A stretch of 64,000 nucleotides of DNA from Candidatus Moraniibacteriota bacterium. GTDB lineage: Bacteria; Patescibacteriota; Minisyncoccia; Moranbacterales; UBA1568. The translations under genes and the position numbers were made by a program. Positions 57,943 through 64,000 of the stretch are shown piece by piece (within the stretch, counting starts at the first letter, position 1; every line of letters begins with the position of its first letter). The notes below the pieces were generated by a model. The model searched no databases, had not been told where the DNA came from, and worked only from the letters and a program-made list of their open reading frames with translations. Location: contig JBPOIA010000010.1 of the NCBI GenBank assembly GCA_052034975.1, positions 12,957 through 76,956 on the forward strand. The letters run 5' to 3'.

Positions 57943-59088
57943 ATGTCTCTTTTAAAAAAGGGTTTAATAAAAAAATATTTTCAAAAAATATTGCAAGATA
58001 TGAGAAAAAGAATTTTAGTTACTATTTTTAGCATCTTTATATTTTTCAGTCTTCTTTTTATTCTCCTGTCGCTTCTCGAAGAACAGTATCGGTTATCTCT
58101 AGGGAGACCAGCGAATTCTTTTCAAACACAAATCCTCATACCAATTTTTTCTCTAAAAAATGCCATTTCCATCTCGCTTTTTGGTATAAATAGTCATCTT
58201 GAGTCAATTCCTTCGCCGCAAATCATTTATAGAACACAAAAACAGCGTTACTCCTTGCTTTCTCCCCAATGCACCGCCGAAGAATGCCTTACGAAAATGA
58301 CACGGGAAGAAACGATTTATGGAACTGCAGTCATAGAAGGGTATTTTATTCCCGTGGAAAGGAAATATAATCAATTTCAAAATAATCAGTGCACTGGATT
58401 TGTTTTGACCGGCGGTTCTATAAATTTACGGAATTATTTTTCAGAATTGTTACAGAAAAAAAGCGTTCTTGTTTCAGAGAATATCGATGGACAATTGATT
58501 ATTAATCTGAATTTTGATAATCTCGACCCTGCAGATATAAAAAAAATCTTAGCGTCAGATGTGACACGGAGGCTTCAGCTTAGAGTCATAAAAAACTCCC
58601 GGGTGGATATGGGTAATTCCGGGTGCTTTACTTCAATGAATATTCTCAGTATCGACGATGCTCCACTAAAAGAATTTCCCCAATGTAGTTATAATACAAT
58701 CTATCAGAACACCGTTTTTGGAATTAAGTTGTCATTTCCAAACAATGTATGGTGTTTGCCGAGCTCATCAGATAATGATCCTCATATCTATAATGGAAGC
58801 GCTTGTATCTATGAAAGCTGTCCTGGATTAGAAATTCGGAATCATAGTAATGATTCTAAATTTTCATTCGATATATTACTGAATCGTGCCACAAAAGAAG
58901 GAAGAAATCCTGTTGTTTTGAGTGATTTAATATCAGATGCTATCGTTATCAAATCAGCAGCCCCTGGACCAGCTGAAGGATGGCTTTATGAATACGGTAT
59001 ATTTTTCAAAAAAAACCAACGTCAATTTATCATTTTTACCAATAATGAATCTATTGAATCAATCCTAAAAACCATGAAACTTGAATAG
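57943..59088 (+). CDS. Hypothetical secreted/membrane-anchored protein in an AT-rich island (381 aa)
   Basis: ~33% GC; N-terminal TM; multiple Cys; no recognisable family. Lies immediately downstream of tRNA-Gln and ends at a strong terminator. Confidence 0.45.
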   Translation: MSLLKKGLIKKYFQKILQDMRKRILVTIFSIFIFFSLLFILLSLLEEQYRLSLGRPANSFQTQILIPIFSLKNAISISLFGINSHLESIPSPQIIYRTQKQRYSLLSPQCTAEECLTKMTREETIYGTAVIEGYFIPVERKYNQFQNNQCTGFVLTGGSINLRNYFSELLQKKSVLVSENIDGQLIINLNFDNLDPADIKKILASDVTRRLQLRVIKNSRVDMGNSGCFTSMNILSIDDAPLKEFPQCSYNTIYQNTVFGIKLSFPNNVWCLPSSSDNDPHIYNGSACIYESCPGLEIRNHSNDSKFSFDILLNRATKEGRNPVVLSDLISDAIVIKSAAPGPAEGWLYEYGIFFKKNQRQFIIFTNNESIESILKTMKLE

Positions 59089-59117
59089 ATCTTTGTTTTT
59101 TATTCTTTTTAAATTAG

Positions 59118-59150
59118 AACACGCCCGCGAGCGTGTTTTTGGTTTTTTTT
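59118..59150 (+). terminator. Rho-independent terminator closing the AT-rich island
   Basis: ACACGC-ccgcga-GCGTGT followed by TTTTTGGTTTTTTTT; then a TGCTATAAT -10 box for the next gene. Confidence 0.75.
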
Positions 59151-59183
59151 GTGCTATAATAAATTAGGAACAAATAAAAATCT

Positions 59184-59990
59184 ATGCACAAGCCATCCAG
59201 TCTGCGGGATTATGTAATTTCTGGGATTATCGCTCTCGCGCTGACCGTATTCCTCGGATTCTATCTTTTTATTCGTCGTGGGTATCTCTTTGACGCGCCA
59301 CCGACCGCCGATCCGTTCTACGTTCCGAACAAGGCGATTGCAAGCGCCGGAATGATCCTCCTCGCGTTCACGTTTCTGATCGGTCCCATCGCCCGTTACT
59401 TCGATCGTTTCGATCACTGGGTCAGTTACCGCAAAGAGCTCGGTATCGTTGCCGCGTTCCTTCTCTTTGTCCACGGTATCGGATCGTACCTCTGGCTACC
59501 GCTCAAATACCCGCGGGAATATCTGTTCGATGGGCCGTTTATTTTCGGTGCCGGCTTCCTTGGGGTATTCGTTCTCCTTTTCCTTTTCGTCATATCGTTC
59601 AAGAAGGCGATCGAATTCTTTGGAGCAGGACGATGGTGGTTCTTGCAGCGATGGGGGCTGCGCCTCGTGGTCATCTTCACGCTCATCCACGTCTACGGGA
59701 TGAAATGGCAAGGATGGTGGAAATGGATCAAACAGGGAGCGACACAAACACCGGAGCTCGCCAATCCATTGATGACACCGGCGAGTCTTCTTGCCGGACT
59801 CTTCATCGGATGGGTGGTCATCGTCCGCCTGTACGAAATGCTCTTTCTGTACAAAACACTCGGCTTCATCACGACCAAGGAAATATCGATCGATCCGGAG
59901 ATCCGTGTCCGTGGTCGAAAGTTTTTTGTACGTTCCGCGTGGATTTTGGTCGCACTCTATGTCGTTGTCATCACGCGATTTTGGTGGTAG
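59184..59990 (+). CDS. Ferric-reductase-like transmembrane heme-binding protein (MsrQ/YedZ family)
   Basis: Six TM helices with paired His (FLLFVHGIGSY, FTLIHVYGM), typical of the MsrQ/FRD transmembrane component. Confidence 0.6.
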   Translation: MHKPSSLRDYVISGIIALALTVFLGFYLFIRRGYLFDAPPTADPFYVPNKAIASAGMILLAFTFLIGPIARYFDRFDHWVSYRKELGIVAAFLLFVHGIGSYLWLPLKYPREYLFDGPFIFGAGFLGVFVLLFLFVISFKKAIEFFGAGRWWFLQRWGLRLVVIFTLIHVYGMKWQGWWKWIKQGATQTPELANPLMTPASLLAGLFIGWVVIVRLYEMLFLYKTLGFITTKEISIDPEIRVRGRKFFVRSAWILVALYVVVITRFWW

Positions 59991-60012
59991 CGGGGGAGAA
60001 TAGGAGGAATAT

Positions 60013-61170
60013 TCAAAGTGCGAGGTCTTGATCGGCCTCGATTTTGTTTTTCTTGACGGACAGCGAAACGCTTTCTTTGCTCACTGTTCGCGCGTCTTCG
60101 ACTTCTTTGCGAACAGGGGAGGGCAGGGCGGCTACGATTGATTTGAGTGCGATACCGTCTACTTTCAATACCGATTCCCATTGGTCAAGCGGCTCCAGAA
60201 TGGCGCGCAGCCTCTCTTCATCATACGTATAGGTCTTTCTCACCGTCTTGCCGATGATGCCACGCTCCCCGAACACCCGCTCCACTCCCTCGTGTTCCAT
60301 ATAGCCGAGGATATCCGCTTGTAGCTTGGCCAGACGCAGTTTGTCGCCACTCATCCGATCTTTCAATTCTAGATACTCCTCGATCTTTTTTTCAGCCTCT
60401 TTTGTTTCGAGCGTTTGCGATTCAGAAAACTTGTGCTTCCAAAGCGGACAGATCTTCTGATACCCACACCAGTCGCAAAGCGGAGAAAACAACGGATCGA
60501 ATTTCTTCTCTTCAATCGCAGCGATAACACCGAGAATATTCTCTTCTACCGTATCAAGCTGTTCTTTCGTGCGCGTGGAAGAAAGTTTCACGCCGTGTTT
60601 CAGGTAATAGAGGCTCACGGTAATCTTGTCGAGATTCGATTCTTCGCTTGGATAGCGTTTGAGAAAAGCTTTCAGGTAGATCGAAAGCTGAAGGTCGTGA
60701 TCCACCTTGTCCTGCGAAGGCATTTTTCGCGCGGTCTTATAATCGATGATCTCGTAACCATCCTGCGTCTTGTCAATACGGTCGATAACGCCCGAAACGA
60801 TGTGTTTACCCGAAGTGTCGTCACCGATCTCGATAGCGAAACGACTTTCCAAATCGACGATGGTATAATCCGCCGGACGGTTTTTCTCAAAATATTTCTG
60901 AATAATCTCCACGCCTTGGGTAAACGCTGCGCGTTCTTCCAGTTCGCTGTCGTATGCATCACTGTTCCAACCCTTGGAAAAATAATCGAGCGCCTGATCG
61001 GGAGTGGGCGAGAGCGTCGCTGGTGTATGCACGTATTTGAGTACGGAATGAATAAGCGTACCAAAAATCGCTTCTTTGGATTTCGGTTCGCTGATCCGAT
61101 CGATTTCCCTAAACTTGTATTTGAGCGGACAGCTCTGATAGGTATCGACGGCCGTATAGGAGAGGCGCAT
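60013..61170 (-). CDS. PD-(D/E)xK nuclease with a Cas4/AddB-type [4Fe-4S] cysteine tetrad (RecB-family exonuclease)
   Basis: N-terminal Cys (YQSCPLKY) plus C-terminal CDWCGYQKIC (C-x2-C-x5-C); RecB motifs VIDRID and EIIDYKT; extra ~100-aa C-terminal domain. Confidence 0.7.
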   Translation of the reverse strand: MRLSYTAVDTYQSCPLKYKFREIDRISEPKSKEAIFGTLIHSVLKYVHTPATLSPTPDQALDYFSKGWNSDAYDSELEERAAFTQGVEIIQKYFEKNRPADYTIVDLESRFAIEIGDDTSGKHIVSGVIDRIDKTQDGYEIIDYKTARKMPSQDKVDHDLQLSIYLKAFLKRYPSEESNLDKITVSLYYLKHGVKLSSTRTKEQLDTVEENILGVIAAIEEKKFDPLFSPLCDWCGYQKICPLWKHKFSESQTLETKEAEKKIEEYLELKDRMSGDKLRLAKLQADILGYMEHEGVERVFGERGIIGKTVRKTYTYDEERLRAILEPLDQWESVLKVDGIALKSIVAALPSPVRKEVEDARTVSKESVSLSVKKNKIEADQDLAL

Positions 61171-61319
61171 AGTTTTTTCTGTGAAACAATATGTTTATTG
61201 TAACAGAGAAGCTTTCTCGCACACTATTGACAAAACTCTTATTTTTTGCTATAATAGTAATTGTACCTTGACATCAGGTATCATCCAAAAAAACCGTTTT
61301 CAACGCGAAGGAGGATAAA

Positions 61320-61610
61320 ATGCTTGCTACGAAGAAATTCTCGTTTTTCGAACGTTTCCTGAAGATTTTTTTTCCGGATGCGGCGGAATTGCATTTCTAC
61401 AAGCGGCAATGCGAGACGTATGAGAATATCATCGTCCCGCAGACGAGCCGCGAAGCCCGCGATACGATTCTGCGGATGAGAGAAGACAAGCGTGAGCTTC
61501 TCTCGGCGCTCGAAGAGGCGTCGGAACATTGCAACGAGCTCAGGAAAAGAAATTTCGAGCTCGTCGAAGAGACCGCTGTCCTCCGTCAAAAACTCGCTGA
61601 GCGAGGATGA
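61320..61610 (+). CDS. Small coiled-coil hypothetical protein (96 aa)
   Basis: GGAGGA SD sequence upstream; helical/heptad-rich sequence; no family. Confidence 0.35.
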   Translation: MLATKKFSFFERFLKIFFPDAAELHFYKRQCETYENIIVPQTSREARDTILRMREDKRELLSALEEASEHCNELRKRNFELVEETAVLRQKLAERG

Positions 61611-61865
61611 CCAGGGATGTGCGGACACCGGACCGGAGGCAGGATACGAACGATTATCCGCCTTCGGTTTTTTTATTGTTTTTTAAAAGAAATATTTGGA
61701 GAAACGTGTATCGAAAGCGGGGGAATCGATCGAGAAAAAGATATTCCAAAGAAACGGTCCCGACGCTTTTATTGATTACAAATTTTCTTTATCGTTTGTT
61801 TTCTCTCATATGTCTCCTTATGTAACTTAGAAGACATATAATATTAAAGGAGACGCTTGATATAA

Positions 61866-61989
61866 AGCCTATAAAGAATATATGTAAAATTGATCCATTT
61901 TCTCTCCCGAACGACTTCGTATATCGCGTTCTAAGACGGTTTCGAACATTTCTTGGGTACATAGATGTGTCCCTCCTGTCGTTCATTTC
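61866..61989. repeat. Structured intergenic repeat, copy 1 (~120 nt, AT-rich)
   Basis: ~80% identical to the copy at 62167-62272 (cctataaa..cgtata(t/c)..gcgttct..tttc.aa.a.tttcttgg.tacat.gatgt..ttcatttc). Contains internal hairpins (gaacg..cgttc; gggtacat..atgtgtccc). Confidence 0.55.
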
Positions 61990-62071
61990 ACCCATCCTTG
62001 TTCACCATGTGACGACACATAACAAATCGCATTTATTTTTTCATTTTAATTTTTCATCTTTCAAATACAAA

Positions 62072-62110
62072 AGACTCCCCCGTTTTTTGCGAAATTACTT
62101 GGGGGAGTCT
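62072..62110. repeat. 10-bp perfect inverted repeat hairpin between the two repeat copies
   Basis: AGACTCCCCC-N19-GGGGGAGTCT. Confidence 0.5.
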
Positions 62111-62166
62111 CCTTTGTTAAAACGAGAAAACGAACTTTTCAACCGAATGTAAAGCTTGAGGATTAA

Positions 62167-62272
62167 ACCCTATAAATACATATTTTCAAAAAACGAACGC
62201 GTATACTGCGTTCTCAGGCGTTTCAAATGTTTCTTGGATACATTGATGTATCTCGTTTGCGCTCATTTCTTC
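62167..62272. repeat. Structured intergenic repeat, copy 2, abutting the hydrolase stop codon
   Basis: Homologous to copy 1. Contains the palindromes GAACGC-gtatact-GCGTTC and GATACAT-tg-ATGTATC; likely acts as the terminator for the minus-strand hydrolase gene. Confidence 0.55.
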
Positions 62273-62274
62273 AA

Positions 62275-63036
62275 TTATTTTTTCTTGAGAAAGGCCGCGA
62301 TCTTTTTCCAAAGAAATGCGTGCGTCATATCGAGCCGATGACCACCATGTGGTTTGAGATAATATGCGGCGTCGGTTTTTTCGGCAAACGGAAGAACCGG
62401 TGCGTATGGTACCACCATATCGTCCTTCGCGTGGATAATAAAAATTTTTTTACCGTCGATGTATCTGATCCGCGTAATGGGATTATAGAAATCCGTCGTG
62501 ACGAGTTTTTGCCAATCGTTTCGGTGTTTTGTCCGATACGCGCCGGCAAAACCCGTCTGTGTAAAATGCACAAACCAGTCAAACGGTTCATCTGGACTAT
62601 CCGCGCTCCAATCAATAACCGGAGAAATTGCGATGACTTTTTTGACAATCGGCAGACACGAATTGAGAAGCACGGCCGGTCCGCCGAACGACGTACCAAA
62701 AAGATGCACCGCTTTCACCGAAAGACGTTTCGTTTCGCCGGAAAAAAGATCGTGTACGGATTTTTTCCTTACCAAATCTTTAATGACGTCTTCTATGTCT
62801 TTGGCCGGTGATTGTGCAAGAAAACTGCCGTCGCTTTCCCATGTCCCGCGATAACGCGGACACACGACAACATACCCCTTATCAACCAGAAATTGAAAAC
62901 GATCCTTCTTATATGGTAAAGATGGTGCTCCAATACAAACAATCGCCACTTTCCCCGTCTGCCCTTTCGGAAACATAACCTCCGCTACGATATCTCTTGC
63001 CAATCTTATCCGTATCGGATACGTTTTTGTCCCCAT
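62275..63036 (-). CDS. Alpha/beta hydrolase (dienelactone hydrolase / S9 peptidase-like)
   Basis: Nucleophile elbow GTSFGG; catalytic Asp (HAKDD) and His (PHGGH) towards the C-terminus. Confidence 0.7.
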   Translation of the reverse strand: MGTKTYPIRIRLARDIVAEVMFPKGQTGKVAIVCIGAPSLPYKKDRFQFLVDKGYVVVCPRYRGTWESDGSFLAQSPAKDIEDVIKDLVRKKSVHDLFSGETKRLSVKAVHLFGTSFGGPAVLLNSCLPIVKKVIAISPVIDWSADSPDEPFDWFVHFTQTGFAGAYRTKHRNDWQKLVTTDFYNPITRIRYIDGKKIFIIHAKDDMVVPYAPVLPFAEKTDAAYYLKPHGGHRLDMTHAFLWKKIAAFLKKK

Positions 63037-63060
63037 ACGATTCAGTGTGCGGTAACGATA

Positions 63061-63954
63061 TTATGGAAGATACTTCGTCGGATTGACGTACGCGCCGTAC
63101 GGCAAATACACGCCTTTCACTTTTGATGACGGAACGACTTTGAACGATTTGGAAGAGAAGACGGAGAAATGGAGATGCGGCCCAGTAGAATAGCCGGTAT
63201 TGCCTGATTTCCCGATCTTTTCGCCGGTATCTACTTTGTCTCCTTTTTTGACGGATACGGAAGAGAGATGTCCGTAGAGCGTTACCATACCGTTGTTATG
63301 ATCGATGGCGATCCAGCGGCCATAGCCGTACCAGCGGCCGTTCTTATACATCGTGCCGGTCGCGGCGACTTTGCCGCTAAGTGGCGCGTAGACGGTCGTA
63401 CCGGTCGGAACACCGAAATCAATACCATTGTGCGGACCGCCACCATAGGCGCCTTTCTTGGCATATGAAGTCATTCCGTATCCTTGGGTGATGGTGGCAT
63501 TCTTCACCGGCCAGTCAAGGAGACCTTTCTTAGCTTTCGGCATATCGGCATCGGAAAGCGATCCGATCTCGCCGGATTGGAGGCCGTTGATTTCATCTTC
63601 GATTTCCTGCTGTTCCTCTTCGAGGGATTTTACCAATGTAACGTATTTCTGTTGTTCGGCGTTCGTCTTGACAAGGAGCGATTGTTTGCTGCTCCTCGTG
63701 CTTTCAAGGTATCCGTCCTGCTCCAAAAGGTCGCTATGAATATCACCCGCTTCCTTTTTTTTCTGATCGAGACTGGCTTTTTCTGCAACCAAGCTCTCAC
63801 GAAGTGTCTTGACGGAATCAAGAAGGTCGCCGAGCTTCTCGCTCGTATCGACAGAAGCATCACTCCGACGAAAATAGCCGAACATCTCCGTTGGCGAAAG
63901 GACGATCGGTGTCACAACGCCGGTCAATGAGTCGTCATACGATGATCGCATCAA
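63061..63954 (-). CDS. M23 family metallopeptidase (LytM-type) with an N-terminal coiled coil; may extend beyond the window edge
   Basis: HxxxD and HLH motifs (..GGGPHNGIDFGV.., GYSTGPHLHFSVF); coiled-coil N-half. No signal peptide at the annotated M, so the true start may lie beyond nt 64000. Confidence 0.75.
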   Translation of the reverse strand: MMRSSYDDSLTGVVTPIVLSPTEMFGYFRRSDASVDTSEKLGDLLDSVKTLRESLVAEKASLDQKKKEAGDIHSDLLEQDGYLESTRSSKQSLLVKTNAEQQKYVTLVKSLEEEQQEIEDEINGLQSGEIGSLSDADMPKAKKGLLDWPVKNATITQGYGMTSYAKKGAYGGGPHNGIDFGVPTGTTVYAPLSGKVAATGTMYKNGRWYGYGRWIAIDHNNGMVTLYGHLSSVSVKKGDKVDTGEKIGKSGNTGYSTGPHLHFSVFSSKSFKVVPSSKVKGVYLPYGAYVNPTKYLP

Positions 63955-64000
63955 CTCGGAGAGGATTTTTCGTTGCTGGCTGATGACCGTCTCTTTCTCA

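Overview
Gene-dense bacterial chromosome segment (~52-55% GC, short intergenic spacers, mostly + strand). By inference it resembles a Patescibacteria/CPR-type genome. Evidence: a DUF4012 protein sits next to cell-wall genes, several enzymes are shortened (AlaRS lacking the C-Ala domain, a 349-aa Pgk), and CPR-style extended -10 promoters recur. The recognisable backbone is: trmD; ftsW-murG-murC-murB; hpf; secA; four nucleotide house-cleaning hydrolases (HD, HD/YfbR-like, MazG-like, NUDIX); tRNA-Ala; rplI; pyrG; rpmA; an MFS transporter; scpA-scpB; a D-Ala-D-Ala carboxypeptidase; mraY; pgk; eno; a PfkB kinase; ftsA; alaS; rplU; recR/dnaB/cysS/corA on the minus strand; yidD; CIRCE-hrcA-grpE-dnaK; engB; lepB; glgC; a DsbA-like oxidoreductase; tRNA-Thr; prfB with the classical +1 programmed frameshift; ftsE-ftsX; tRNA-Gln. 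The most unusual content is listed here. (1) A stand-alone ~350-aa reverse transcriptase (YVDD active site) lies between pyrG and rpmA, preceded by a ~400-nt GC-rich structured non-coding region with a 10-bp long-range inverted repeat. This is a retron-like or DRT-like architecture with no recognisable effector. (2) A GIY-YIG nuclease ORF lies immediately upstream of tRNA-Gln, flanked by direct repeats of the tRNA 5' end, and is followed by an AT-rich island. (3) A degraded engB paralogue lies next to tRNA-Ala. (4) A 177-bp element with perfect 18-bp terminal inverted repeats sits in the trmD leader. (5) Several AT-rich islands (~35% GC) carry hypothetical genes. (6) Paired ~110-nt structured intergenic repeats. 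(7) A candidate promoter-to-terminator small RNA between dnaB and cysS. (8) A LepB-CAP domain fusion. No CRISPR array, rRNA or recognisable transposase was seen.
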